Origin: Felis catus
Taxonomy: Eukaryota
Assembly (NCBI RefSeq): GCF_018350175.1
Contig: NC_058377.1
Span: 60,946,001-61,010,000, forward strand
Length of the DNA: 64,000 bases
Direction of reading: 5' to 3'
The notes below the pieces were generated by a model. That model worked only from the letters and a program-made list of their open reading frames with translations. It had not been told where the DNA came from and did no database searches. Made by a program: the position numbers and the translations under genes. Positions 12,591 to 25,321 of this stretch are shown piece after piece; position 1 is the stretch's first letter, and each line of letters begins with the position of its first letter.

Positions 12591-13203
12591 ATGAGAATCA
12601 AGTAGACCTAGAAGTGTACATCTCCTCCAGAGGTCACTTCCTTCTGGTCTCTAGCCTTCTTTCCACATTGTTTTAGAAAAAATGTTTTTCTTTGAATTCT
12701 TTTCTCCTTTCTCCTTCAGGCTGAGAGGTCTGAGCATCTACACTATTCCTGTTGGTTATACTAATTTTGCCTACCTCTTTTGAGGAGATCTTTAATTAAA
12801 CACTCCTCACCTGCCTCTTTTCTGCCAGAACTCTCACTAATGTTCTAACCTTTCTTTCAACTTCTCTTCTTTCCTTTCTCTTACCTTACTTCCTTTGCTA
12901 TTCTTTNNNNNNNNNNNNNNNNNNNNNNNNNNNNNNNNNNNNNNNNNNNNNNNNNNNNNNNNNNNNNNNNNNNNNNNNNNNNNNNNNNNNNNNNNNNNNN
13001 NNNNNNNNNNNNNNNNNNNNNNNNNNNNNNNNNNNNNNNNNNNNNNNNNNNNNNNNNNNNNNNNNNNATTTTTTGCCTTTCTTTCTCTTTTCTTTTTCTC
13101 TTTCTTTCTTTCTTTCTTGCTTTCTTTCCTTTCTTCCCTCTTGATTATCTTCAGCAGCCACATATAATTTCTAACCTTAGACACAGATTAATCCTTCACT
13201 CAC

Positions 13204-13418
13204 CTTCTCCTCTGGTCTTCCAGTCGTGGAAGCCTAGTTTGCTCCAGATAGCTCACATGTGCTACTCAGCTCACAGAATTCCAGTAAAGACTGGGGAGTG
13301 AATGAATGGCTGTCTGTAAAGTTATTCTTGACTGCTGAAGTGCCATATCAAAGCTCTGATTCTCCTGTGAATCAGTAACCTGCATTCCCTGGAGATCTAG
13401 AGTTCAACTTCTATCAAC
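13204..13418 (-). other. Candidate non-coding 5'-UTR exon of OR51G2
   Basis: Minus-strand acceptor ccttttctctcacctag| at 13419 and donor AAG|GTGAGT at 13203. Confidence 0.45.
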
Positions 13419-13837
13419 CTAGGTGAGAGAAAAGGCTGAAGCACCATCAACCATGGCCACATCCACAATTGCAAGGCAGAGTCCGTGAGAGTCCACAGAA
13501 TAGAATGCAATATGCCAGTAGGACTTATTCTTCCTTAGATTAAAAAATGAAGGTTCATGAGAGGACAGTCACTGGGCAGAAGTCTTATGCCAATTTAAGA
13601 CTCCTGACTTTCAAAGCAGTGATCTGCCCACTCCCACTTAATAATTCCACTAGAATGTGAGCTCAAAAATGGCAGAGGCTTGGCTTTGCTTACTTCTGTA
13701 AAGACAGTGCTTATAATGGCTATGGTATACAGTAGGCACTCAGAAATTGTTTTATGCATGGTTAAGAGCTAAATTTATTTAGTTAGCTGTTAGTAACTCA
13801 GTGCATATTTTATCAGTTAAAGAAAATCCTATGAATT

Positions 13838-14037
13838 GGGGCTCCTGGGTGGCTCAGTCAGTTAAGTGTCCAACTTTGGCTCAGGTCATGATCTCAGAGT
13901 GTGAGTTCGAGCCCTGTGTCAGGCTCTGTACTGACTGCCTGCTTTGGATTCTGTGTTTCCCTCTCTTCTGCCCCTCCCTGACTCGTGCTTTCTTTCTCTC
14001 TCTTTCAAAAATAAATAAACACTACAATTTTTTTTAA
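13838..14037 (+). mobile_element. Can-SINE
   Basis: ggggctcctgggtggctcagtcagttaag head; imperfect TSD AATCCTRTGAA. Confidence 0.9.
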
Positions 14038-15060
14038 TCCTGTGAAAAAAGTTCTATTAATAGTACCATATTATAAATGAAGAAATAGAGGATTAGAGAC
14101 AGTTAATATATCTAAGATCAAAGATACAGTAAATGGCCAAAATGAGATTTGAACTAATATCCAGTTATTCTCTAGATTCCAGGCTCTCAACAAACATTAT
14201 ACTTTCTCCCCACATACAGGACTATTCATTGTCAGCTAGAAGCAGCTAGCATAATATCAAAGGCTTAATAGACCTTCAGAAAAGTACTGATTCTTTAGCT
14301 AAATTAATAAAGTGACTGGAGAAATACACATCCTCTCTCACTCCAAACACCAGTGACATTAATAGCCAGTGTCATTAACTCACTGTCCACCTGAAGGTCA
14401 GATTGGCTCTTGTGTGTTGTTCCTCAGGTTCTACTTCAGCCATGATCAGTGGTCACCACATCATTCATCAAAACGAATTCAGAAGAGCTGTGATAAACTT
14501 ACCTTTCGGGGACAGGCAAGCTACCTGGTGATTAACGATATAATGCATAAAACTTAAGGCAGAAAATGTTTTGACATGAAAACGAAGTAGGGTAGTGAAG
14601 AAAGAATATATATATTACTTAATAATATAAAAGTTAATTTATAATACATGATGAACATCTATTATTTTCCAGGCACTGTACTAGGAGCACTGCAAAAGAA
14701 ATAGCATTTAGATCTTAGAAAAACCCTGCAAGTTAATATTATTACCTCGATTTGCAAATGAGGAGAGAAGCGTACAGAATTTGATGATGTGCATAAAATC
14801 ATACTATCAATCAGTGACAGCTGGAATTCAAACTGAAATCTCTGGAGCTCCAAGGAGCATTCTGAAAGTTTGGAAGCATTTAGTTTAATATAGCTGGGTA
14901 GTTTTTTTAAGCTGAGACAGCCTGAAATGAGTGAAGATTGAATGACAAAAATAGAGGGAAATACCAAAAGTCTTTTTTCCCCACCTTCTTTTACCTCAAG
15001 ATAGACTCTCTTCAGAGTTTGTGCCTCACATTTTAAAGGGAGTAGGGCAGAGTAAGAATC

Positions 15061-15063
15061 AGA

Positions 15064-15122
<59 letters not shown>
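15061..15122. repeat. (GA)n microsatellite
   Basis: Direct reading, ~30 units with one interruption. Confidence 0.97.
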
Positions 15123-15124
<2 letters not shown>

Positions 15125-16084
15125 ATGAGAATAAGTTGAAGGAAAGGACTTGGATATAAAAGAAAATCCAGAATAGTGAAGCCAAGAGATATCTGCCTGG
15201 GAAAGACCACCTTTAGCCTGTTGGCCACAGAGATCTTAGTAAGGTAACTATTCTAAGGGGTTCTTATTTAAAGGTCTTCAGAGTATCCATTTTCAGATTT
15301 GGTGAGGATTTCATTGTTCTTGACCAGTTCAAGTGTAGAGGGGAGTGGTAAACTTAACAAATGGCTTGCTCACAATTGTTCTTGGAGAACACTTCCTAGA
15401 GGTACTTGCACAAGTTCAATGGCTGCTTCTAATTCTATCACTCAGACTCCATGGTTGCTCAGGAAAATGTCCTTTCATGTCACAGACAAGCTTTTCTTTC
15501 AGAGGATCACTTGACTTCCTACCCCTCTGTCTCTGCTTCTTGGAATTAACTCCTGATTCTGCTAACCTTGTGTCTGAGGCTAAGGAGTAGAGACTGAACT
15601 TATAGCTAATCTCATTCTTGCATCTCGGTTTTGCTTGCCTAACTTGTCTGTCTCTGTGGGTCTCAGTAATACTCTTATGTTGCCACATATGAGGCAACTC
15701 TCTGGGCTAGAAGTCAATGAAGTGAATGGGTGTGAGAAAGCTGCTGTCTCCCTACTAAGCTAGTGCTAAAACTAGACGTGGGATCTCATTAAGTTAGTGA
15801 GATCTGACTGCAATGGTCACCACCTTCTGCAGGCATCTTCTACAGCCTTTCTTGTGCTTCAAAGTCCCTTCTCTCCTTTCCCTCTCCAGAGCTCAGACTG
15901 AGCCTTCTAGGACCTCTTCTTGGCTTCACAACTGAGCACCAGACAACTGACTTACCTATCAAGGCTAGGTGCAGAGACTTCAGTTCTTGTGACAGGGGAG
16001 AAGGAAAGTTAAAACCAGAGACTCTGGAGGGTATGGAGAGACTGAAGGATGGATATTGAATTCCTTGATTTTTATGAAACTTCT

Positions 16085-16240
16085 TGAGGTCCCCATTGAG
16101 ACCATTTCAAGAATCTTTCATCAATTCCCTAGGAGGACTGGTTTTCTGGACCTCATTATCTCATACTCTGGGGATAAGGGAAAGAAAAGAAGGGAATAGT
16201 TTTGTGAGATATCTAAATGGGAATCCCAGGAGATGTTACA
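16085..16240 (-). promoter_or_regulatory. Candidate OR51G2 promoter (O/E and homeodomain sites)
   Basis: O/E-like TTCCCTAGGAG (~16125), CTCTGGGGA (16166) and ATCCCAGGAGA (~16223); CTCATTA (TAATGAG on minus) at 16152; consensus donor AG|GTAAGT on minus at 15955. Confidence 0.5.
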
Positions 16241-17029
16241 CACTGTAGCTACTTTTTGAAGATATCGTGAAATATTTTGAACAGCTCCACAACTTTAGGA
16301 AACCAGAGTGGGTGTTGTTGATAATGTTTTATATATGATGTATCATAACCATATAGTTATGCATATCAGAAGTGACAGTGTATATGGTGGGTATATATAA
16401 CATTAAAAGGGCATTTTTAATTCAATTCTTCTCCCATCACTAAAGGGGAAGAAAGGAACACCACATTCCTGGAAATATGGTGATAATGTTGATTCTTGGT
16501 GCCCCAAGTAACCCTATATGCTGCTGACTCCTGTCTATACTCAGGGACTCTTGTCTGTACTCCATCTCCTCTTCCTGTCTCTGATCCACACAGACACAGA
16601 ATTCAGCCCTTTGTTTCTAGACGTTAAGGAGCTACCTTCAGAAAGGAATTCATTTTTGTACCTTTTGGGCAACATGAGCCCCTGAAAAGCATAGGTAAAC
16701 CAAGGAGTTTCATATGTCAATACAGGGATCTGAAGAATTAATCATCCATTTTGGACTTTAAAAGCTGATGGGAAAGATATTTTAGAAAGAGGAAAGGAGA
16801 GCCATTTCAGTGTTTTCATTACCCACGTAATTAGTATCCAGCTTATTGACTCTACTTTGAGAATACAAAGGTATAAATATTAAGGAATGTCTCAGATCCC
16901 CACACCAACCATAAAAGGTTTATTCCAATTCATTGGCCTGATGGGCCCCCTTGGAATGTGCTGGGCTTCCTCTTGTGGTTTCATTCCATTAATCTTTGGC
17001 CAAACACATTGTAGACACATCCGAGTGTT

Positions 17030-17145
17030 ATGTAGCAGTATTTCTCAAATCAGAGTCCCCCGAAAATCAGGATCAGAACCACCTGTAATGCTTATTAAAA
17101 TGCAGATTTCTGGGCCTCATCCCTGTAGTGCAGAATCAGAAACTG
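17030..17145. mobile_element. MER5-type hAT fragment
   Basis: atcagaaccacctgtaatgcttattaaaatgcagatttctgggcctcatccc. Confidence 0.7.
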
Positions 17146-17300
17146 ACATTAGTCGCAACCACAAAGGTCTAAGAATTCTTATATATCCTTGTCTTTATGA
17201 TTTGTTTTCAGCTCTGATTCCAGAATATTTTATTCCCTCTATAATAAAAAAAAATGTATCACTTTTAACCTGGAATCCATTTCAAAACACAGTTACCTTT

Positions 17301-17695
17301 TATATTAATTTTCTGGGGCCACCAATACAAAATGCCACAGACTGGGTGGCTTTAACAATAGAAATTTATTTTTTCACAGTTCTGGAGGCCAGCAGAGCCC
17401 AAGATCAAAGTGTTGACAGGTTCGGTTTCTTCTGAGGCCTCTCTCCTTGGCTTGCAGATGGCCATCTTCTGTGTGTCCTCATATGGCCTCTCCTCTGTGC
17501 ATGAGTATCCTTGATGTCTCTTGCTTTTCTTATAAGGACATGAGTCATATTAGGTTAGGGCAAACCTTAAATGACTTGTTTTAACTTCACTATCTCCTAA
17601 AGGCCTTTACCTCCAAATACAGTCACATTCTGAGGAACTGGGGGTTAGGACTTCAGTATAAATTGGGGGAGGGTGCACAATTCAGCCAATAGCAT
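17301..17695 (-). mobile_element. MLT1A-type solo LTR
   Basis: cacagactgggtggctttaacaatagaaatttattttttcacagttctggagg...gggggttaggacttca...aattcagccaatagca. Confidence 0.85.
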
Positions 17696-19750
17696 CTGTT
17701 TATCCATGCATCCTATCACCCACTTTTTCACTTATTTAACAAATGTTTTATAACATAAATAATACCTCCTCACACAATCCCCCACAAAAATACACAAGCA
17801 ATATTTATTTACCATCTCTGAGTCCAAGCACGGAGAAGAGAGAGATAGTGTTAGATATGTTTTGGAAGAAAATAGGTCTGAATCTCAGATTTTGTGAAGA
17901 GAAACAGAGGGAGGGAGGGAGGAAGAGAGAGAGGGTAAGAGAGGGGGGGGAATTAATCTTTGAACAGTTTATTACAGGGAAGATATCCTACATGATTTAC
18001 ATCTTAACTATTCAGCTCTGTGAGGGGAAAAACAGGACATGATATGGGGAGAGACAAAAGAAATAAAAACTCATATCTCCTATCACAGAAAAGAATAGGA
18101 AAAGAAACAAGGTAGGGGCAGAATGAAGGGAATAACTTGTACGTAAAGATGCTGCCTTGAGGAGACACCAGCTAGGAGAAACTGAAAGGACCTTAAAAGA
18201 ATATTATTGGATTGGATTTAGACAAACTGATGCAAAAATTAGTGTTTTTCTTTTAATTTAAGTATGGTTTTAAAATAGTTTTTATTGCATTTTCCTGTGA
18301 TAATTAGTTGGTAGATATTTATGAATAAGAAAGATGATTAGAAATAAAATAAGTAACATCTTTCCCCCTGCACACCCTAGTTGTGTGAGTAAATTTGATG
18401 CCCATCCATATTCACCTAACACCTAAAATGTATATTTCCCAGGAATATCCCATGCTGTTTTAGATCTACTTTTTTTTTCCTTTGTCGCCACTGAGGCATT
18501 AATCTAAAGTGTTAGTATATGTGGGAAAACTAGAGTTCAAAAAGTCTCAACAGCACAATGCCAAAAGTTTATGTTTTGAGATCCAACAGACCTTAATGTG
18601 GTTTGGGGCTTTCTGTTTATTACACATGATGTTGGTTATAGTAACTTACCTCATTGAACTTCCTATCTAAAAGAATTATATGAGAACTTGCTATCTTGAA
18701 TGGTAATATAGCACTAAATGAAAATAGTTTGAGAAATTAAAATTTCAACAAAATGATTGATATTCAGTATTGTAGTAAGTACATAAACATCATGACCATT
18801 TAAAAATGTGTCTTATAAGGATGCTTTTCAATTAACATTCCTGAAGTAGGCATACCTTTTTCACTCCTACTGCGGTCTTTTCTACCCTATTGAAGTGTTT
18901 GGGAGGCCATTCTTCACAAATAAACAGAAGGCAATTCTTGGGATGGATCCTAGGTCATAGTTCTGCATTAAAAAAAGCTCATAATTTTGATATATCAATA
19001 ATCAAATAATCAGCATATAACAGTCAGCTAGCTGCTACCTGGAGAATACCTTCCTACAGTAAGTTTTTAAAATTTAAAAAAATCTTATTTTAAAAATTTG
19101 ACTCTGTCATCTTAATTTCCAAAGGAAAGTAAAATTGGATATTGCATGTAAGTGCTTTTAAACATTCTATAGTATATAGTAAATGTTCAATAATTATTGG
19201 GTGTTATTGCCACAATTGTCACTATTATTTTTTATCATATTTCCCAGATAATCAGTAAGATTATCTGTAAGATTTCTGTAAGAAATCAGTAAGATTGGAG
19301 GTAGGGAGGAAATACAAGTGTTTTATTTACTTTGAAATTAAAATGTACACGTATTAGAGAATGCTCCCAGATCCTCAACTGTCCTATGTCCTTTCACAGA
19401 ATTTTGGACACACACCCAGGTATCAACATGATATGTTATTACTTTTTTTTAAATCAACTTCAGTTTTAAGTTGCTCTCCTGCTGCCTTCTGAAACTTAGT
19501 TTTGTAAGAACTCTTCAATAGATGCTAGTCCAAGGGCGGCGTGAAGCCTCTGGAAGACTTTGCAGAAAATCTTCAACTTCAACTGGCTGAGGGATGGAAG
19601 TGATGAATCTGAAACCCAGAGAGTGTGACTTTCATACAGAAATAGGACTCACTTGGCAAGTCACAGTTTCTAGATGCTAACTGGTTCCTTTAAGGTACTA
19701 GACCAAAATGTGGGGTAGGTATGATAAAACAAAGAACTTACTCTGAGTGG

Positions 19751-20200
19751 TGTGTTAGTTAGGGTCCAGTCACAAGAAAGAAACCACAGAATAATTTAAC
19801 AGAAAAGTTTAATATAAACATTTATTAACAAGAGATTATAGTAACAGGGAATCAACTAAGAGTAAGAAAGAAAGAACCATAGAGGATACTCTAGGGCTGA
19901 GGGAGAGTCTCTAAGAAGGAAACAAGATTTCAAGAGAAGAATCTTTCCCAAGGCTGGCATTTGGATGTTGTCCACCAACATGTGAGTGAAGCTCACTGAA
20001 TGACAAAGTTCACTAAGTTGTTCTGGGCCAAAGCTGGTCCACAATTAGGATGAGGCTGATTGGTGGAGAACTACTTGCTGGAAGACTGATGACATTTTCT
20101 AAGAATGCCTATGGGGGTTACTGTTGGCTTTCTGGAGAGTCAGCCAGGGTACCAGCTAGAATCACCAGAAAGTTTCTAGAAGCTGCTTAAGGAGGTAATC
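19751..20200 (-). mobile_element. Old LTR fragment (family and far boundary uncertain)
   Basis: tgtgttagttagggtccagtc...gaaaccaca...tttaatataaacatttattaac resembles the reverse complement of an old ERV LTR end. Confidence 0.45.
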
Positions 20201-20278
20201 TGCTACAGATTCCCTGAACACCAAAAATATCAATAGGCTTCATGCCCCAAAGCTCCCTCTCTTCATCCTAACCTAATC

Positions 20279-21238
20279 CTATCGAAAACACTTAAGGGAT
20301 TTTACAATCTCAAGCTTCTTAGCAATGCGGATACGGATTTGCTTGGTCTTCATACTGTAGACAATGGGGTTCATGAGAGGTGGGACCAGCAGATACACAT
20401 AAGACATGAGGAGGTGTACAATACGGGGCAGATGTTCACCAAAGCGGTGCACGAGAGACAAGCCAATCATGGGGATGTAGAAGAGTAGCACAGCACAGAT
20501 ATGAGAGACGCAGGTGTTGAGGGCCTGAAGTCGCTCCTGGCGGGAGGCAATGCTTAGCACAGTGCGGAGGATGAGGGCATAGGAGAGGAAGATGAGCAGT
20601 GAATCCACACCAACAGTGCAGGCCACAACAAAGAGCCCATATATGTGATTGACAATGATGCTAGAGCAGGCCAACTTCATGATCTCTAGGTGCAGACAAT
20701 AGGCATGGGCCAGCACATGGGAGCCGCAGTACTGGAAGCGTTTAAGGAGGAATGGCAGGGGCAGGATGAGCAGGGCACTTCTAAGAATTGAGCTCAGCCC
20801 CATCTTGATGATACGTGCAGGTGTCAAGACCATGGAGTAACGCAATGGATTGCAAATGGCCACATAGCGGTCAATGGACATGGACAGTAGAACTGAAGAC
20901 TCTACCAGTGACAAGGTATGGATGAAGAAGAGCTGAGTGAAGCAGGCGGGGATGGTAATCTCTCTGACATCAAACCAGAAGATGCCCAACACAGTGGGCA
21001 GTGTAGATAGGCAAAGGCCCAAGTCTGTCAGGGCCAGCATGGCCAAGAAATAGTACATGGGTTCATGGAGGGTGACGTCGGTATGGATGATGTGGAGGAT
21101 GGTAAGGTTTCCTACAATAACTGTCAAGTAGATGGAGCAGAAGGGAATAGAGATCCAGCCATGGAGAGCTTCCAGACCTTGGAAGCCTGTTAGGAAGAAA
21201 GTGGCTCTTTGGAGGCTGCCATTATAAAATATTGTCAT
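20279..21238 (-). CDS. OR51G1: Class I olfactory receptor 51G1, 319 aa, intact
   Basis: MTIFYNGSLQRATFFLTGFQGLE start, MSIDRYVAICNPLRY, HAYCLHLEIMKLACSSIIVNHIYG, PPLMNPIVY; closely matches recalled human OR51G1; Kozak gccATGa. Confidence 0.93.
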   Translation of the reverse strand: MTIFYNGSLQRATFFLTGFQGLEALHGWISIPFCSIYLTVIVGNLTILHIIHTDVTLHEPMYYFLAMLALTDLGLCLSTLPTVLGIFWFDVREITIPACFTQLFFIHTLSLVESSVLLSMSIDRYVAICNPLRYSMVLTPARIIKMGLSSILRSALLILPLPFLLKRFQYCGSHVLAHAYCLHLEIMKLACSSIIVNHIYGLFVVACTVGVDSLLIFLSYALILRTVLSIASRQERLQALNTCVSHICAVLLFYIPMIGLSLVHRFGEHLPRIVHLLMSYVYLLVPPLMNPIVYSMKTKQIRIRIAKKLEIVKSLKCFR

Positions 21239-23036
21239 GGCTTTACGGTCTTGGATTCACCAACCTGCAATCTAGAACGGGATTCCTGGAGAGTGACAGA
21301 ACTGAATTCTCACTCACCTGAGCATCCTAGGACCAGTGAGACAGGAAGTTCTGCAGATGAAATGAGAAAGAAAAGAAAGAATTGAGAGATTTGATCTATA
21401 AGGCTTTTCTGGAAGATCTAGGATGGGGACTTTTACAGGGATTTCTATAGTCTATGAATGCTATATGATTCAGCTGTATGGTGGTATATCTGTCAGTGCT
21501 GGACTCTCAGTGGGTTAACGAGGTCACTTCAGATGGCACCTTTTCATATGTTACTCCATGAAAAATATCTTTAATTGAATCACTAAAGCGTTCAGAATCT
21601 GCATCATATCTATGAGGAATTGGCACTATACACCATTTTGCATAATTGTGTACTAGGATCAAGTGCATATCATATGCCTTCAAATGTATTTTTAATTTGG
21701 CTGGGGATTGTGCTTTATTCCACAATGCCTAGCTTGCAAGGGAATGCAGACAAGCACTGACCAAATGCTTGTTGAAATCCTTGAACTTGTAACTTGTGAC
21801 CAGAGTGATGCCTTTCCTGAATCTACATAAAAGTCTTTGGTGACCAAGGATGCAAATTGTGCTGTGCGAATCTGAAATCTGGAACTGAAAAATGTTTGAG
21901 AAGAAGCAGGATCTTCAGAAAGCAAATAATTCTAGAAAAGGGTACATTAGGGCTTAGTTCTGAGAGGATGAAAAGAGATGTAAGTTTCCAACATCAGGGC
22001 AGTTAAGCTGGGGCCAGGTGTAGAGATGAGGATGCAGAGGAGGTAGGCATCAGATATGAAACAGAAATGATGAAGAGAAACCTAAAATGGTCAAGAAAAA
22101 CCTGTAATCTTCAGCTTACAATGAGGAAACTAAATCTTCAGGCTTTCCGAGTAAGCTATGCCTTTGGGGTTTGGATCAATATGCCACACAGGTATAGATC
22201 TGTCTCTATAATACCTGAACTGGGCTCTATTTAACATCTTTCTTCAGAACTTTTATTCAGTTACATTTATTTCAAGCCTCACAATAATGGATTCTATGTA
22301 TATAAAAGCTTAAAACAGCTAAAAGAGACAGAGAATGGAGACTGAGGGAAACAGGAAGAAAATAGTAGTGTATTATAATACTAAAGTCATCTCACCACTG
22401 TGGCTACAAAAAAGAGATAAAGTAGGATGAGGGTTTCTATGAAGGCATTGCACTTGTGATAGCGAGGTCATCGTCAGTTGTCTTTTGTTTTTTTTCTTTC
22501 TTTTTTTTTTTTTTTTTAGAAAATATTTCAACAGATTGGAGAAAAATTATAAGGGCTTAAATTATCAGTAGGTGGGAAGGAATAAGTAAAAAGTGTATAT
22601 AATTTGTAGTTTTCCTCTAAGACAAAATCTACAGAATGAGTGAAGATGTCAGGATATTTTGAGGAGGGGAGATGGGGAGTTCAGGGTCCTCTTTCAAAAG
22701 GTTTTTATTATTTTTTTTCTCAGTAAGATGGAGGGATATTGGAGGGGCGAAAAGAAAGAAAGAAGAAAAGTTCTTACCCAGCTTTCACTATTCATGCTTC
22801 AAATCAAAGCAAGTAATGGTAAGATCATGATGCAATAATTAATGTGATAATAAAACCCCTCTTATTTTTTGATTCTGAAGGAAAAGTAGGGAAGTAATGC
22901 GAATGGAGGAAAGAAGTGGAGATGGAAAGTAACGAGCTGTGAAGGAAAAGGGAATATCACAGCATTTGCAGAGCATGCTGTGGGTGACACATGAGGACAA
23001 GGCACTCTCACTCTGATATCAAGGCAGAAAATGGCA

Positions 23037-23250
23037 GGGTGCCTGGGTGGCTCAGTTGGTTAAGTGCCAGACTTTGGCTCAGGTCATGATTTCACGGTTC
23101 GTGGGTTCGAGCCCTGTGTCAGGCTCTGTGCTGACAGCTCAGAGCCTGGAGCCTGCTTCGGTTTCTATGTCTCCCTCTTTTTCTGCCTCTCCCCTGCTCA
23201 TGCTCTGTCTCTCTCTCAAAAATAAATAAACATTTTTCAAAAATTTAAAA
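23037..23250 (+). mobile_element. Can-SINE
   Basis: Full body; TSD CAGAAAATGGCA. Confidence 0.92.
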
Positions 23251-24184
23251 AGACAGAAAATGGCAATATAGTTTTTAAAAAGGAATGATAAAAAGGGAAA
23301 ATTTTCCATCATTTAAGGGGAGACTCAAACAAGAGTTTAAATATATGTGCAGCTTTTTAGCCAGCAGACTCACAGTGAAGCTGGTTTCCATCCATTTTCG
23401 TCCAGCCATTTCAGAGTTTGTGACAGAGAAGAAACGTTTAGAGGTGGTTTATTTCACTCCCATATCTCCGGGCAGGGAAGGATCATTCTGCTGCTTAGTG
23501 AGAAGTTGCATCTGTCATAAACCACGCTGCTATTATCTTGCCTTCCAGATATATTACTTGCATATTATATTTTGGGTACGGGTAAGAGGCAAGTGTGCCA
23601 GGTATGGGAGGGAAAAAAATTATGAAAGCCCTAACTAGCACTAGAGAAATGGAATTGCTGTAAGACTGACTACAGACTTCGAATCCTGGTACAGATTTGG
23701 AACTTAATAAAGTTTGCTGAATGAATGCCTAAGTGAACTGTTGGAAAAAACAGATGAGATGGGATTAAACAGAATTTTTAGTGCAGTGACTACATTTTCT
23801 TCTCCAAGTCACTCACCTCCAGATTAATGGATGGAAGAACTGTCAGCTGGTTCCTCCACTAGACTATGCATACATCCTTGACCCTCCCTTCAACTCTAAT
23901 TTATTAGCATTACAGAGATGTCATCCTAGGGTCTATGGCAGAGAACAGCAGAGATGGGCTGAACAGCAATTTCAATGACATTCTCACTCCCTCTAATTCC
24001 TCATATAATTGTACACAAGCTGTTCAGGATGTTTAGCATTTGTGTTGGTGACCATCTGCAGATCTTCTGGCAATATACACTGGAGTGTACCAACAGCTGG
24101 AGACACCAGGCAGAACTCAGGGTGAGTGCTAACAGCTACGAGAATACTCTCTGCTTAAAACACAGGGGCTTTTTTGAAGAGTCC

Positions 24185-24305
24185 AGAAACTTCTCCCTAG
24201 GGGAGAAGCTCAGGGAATTCTGCTGAGACTGAGAATTCCCCAAAGAGTTCTCAAGATGTTTAGCTGAGAACGGAAGCCATGAGAGGCTGAGAAATCCCAG
24301 TCCTT
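24185..24305 (-). promoter_or_regulatory. Candidate OR51G1 promoter
   Basis: Near-palindromic O/E site CTTCTCCC-TAG-GGGAGAAG (24190-24208), plus CTCAGGGAA and TTCCCCAAAGA; minus-strand donor GAG|GTGAGT near 23816; strong acceptor at 21351. Confidence 0.5.
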
Positions 24306-25321
24306 TATGTGGGCAAGGGATAGCTTCAAGATGTTAGGGTGCTTCTAGTTCTAGATTTCATTTTCTGAAATGAGATAAGCAAGATATAGCTAGGCCTGGA
24401 GTACAGTATTACAAAAAAGAGTGTTTTGATTCAGATGAAAAGATAGAACTGATTCCAATCTCTGATAATTTCTGACCATGTGACCATGTAACCTAGGAAA
24501 AATTAATGTCCCAGAAAAATCATTTCCTTATGTTCTAAAAATGGAAAATTTCCCTCTTTTTTTTTTTTTACTCAGGCTCTAGTACTATCAGGCATGTTTT
24601 AGAATCATCTGCCAGTGTAATTTGGTTTGAGTTTAGGGAGAAGAAAAGGTCCACCTTGGCCTTTAGTCATAAACTATGTGTTTCTTAATTACTACTGGCC
24701 ATTTCCTGTGTATTCTCCACTGTACACGTGTGGTTTGGGTCATAATTCAGAAACTTGCACTCCAAATATCAGCTTAATACCTTAAAATAGTTCATTAGCC
24801 CATTTTAACTACAAATATGTATATCAGGAGATTTTTCAGCATAGATTTAAACAATTAGAGGGAACAAATGAGAGCTGAACAGAAACAATTAGAGCTGAAC
24901 AGAACAGCTGATACTTAATGGATACTCAGTAAACACAATTATTAAAATAATTAGTAGGGTAACTGTGATTCTAGTTTGCCAAGAATGGGCCTAATTTACA
25001 CTTATTGATTTGGTTTCCCAACAAGTTTGGGAAAACAAGCTGGGATGGGTTGGTAGACCTCCACTTCAAACTCCAAGTTTCTGCTGCACATTCATCTATA
25101 GCCTGTGCAATACATGGGCAGTGACCACAGTGACCCTACTTTAACTCATTTCTAAATCTGAAAGATGACCCATCTCTCTTTTCTTGACCATTCCCAAAGT
25201 AATGTTAGTAAAGCTGCAAAGACAGTAGGCAGGGTCGTTACTGGCATGCAAGCCCATAGACACAGTTGGCTCCTTGCAGGTTTAGACAATGGTACTTGAC
25301 AATGATCCCCCTAACAGAGGC

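Larger units (their letters stand above)
9135..13067. other. Three assembly gaps: 9135-9282, 9780-9913, 12907-13067
   Basis: N runs; two lie inside an L1 and one inside a CT-rich simple repeat. Confidence 0.99.

Noticed and set aside
12407-12601. 65-aa hydrophobic N-terminal extension of OR51G2 in the ORF track
   Set aside because: Translation of a (GTTTT)n microsatellite mostly upstream of the acceptor at 12449; likely intronic.
8951-13184. ORFs containing long X runs
   Set aside because: Artefacts of reading through N gaps in L1 and simple repeats.
25100-25240. Minus-strand TLPTV and PMY peptides suggesting a hidden OR pseudogene
   Set aside because: Wrong order for an OR and no other motifs nearby.
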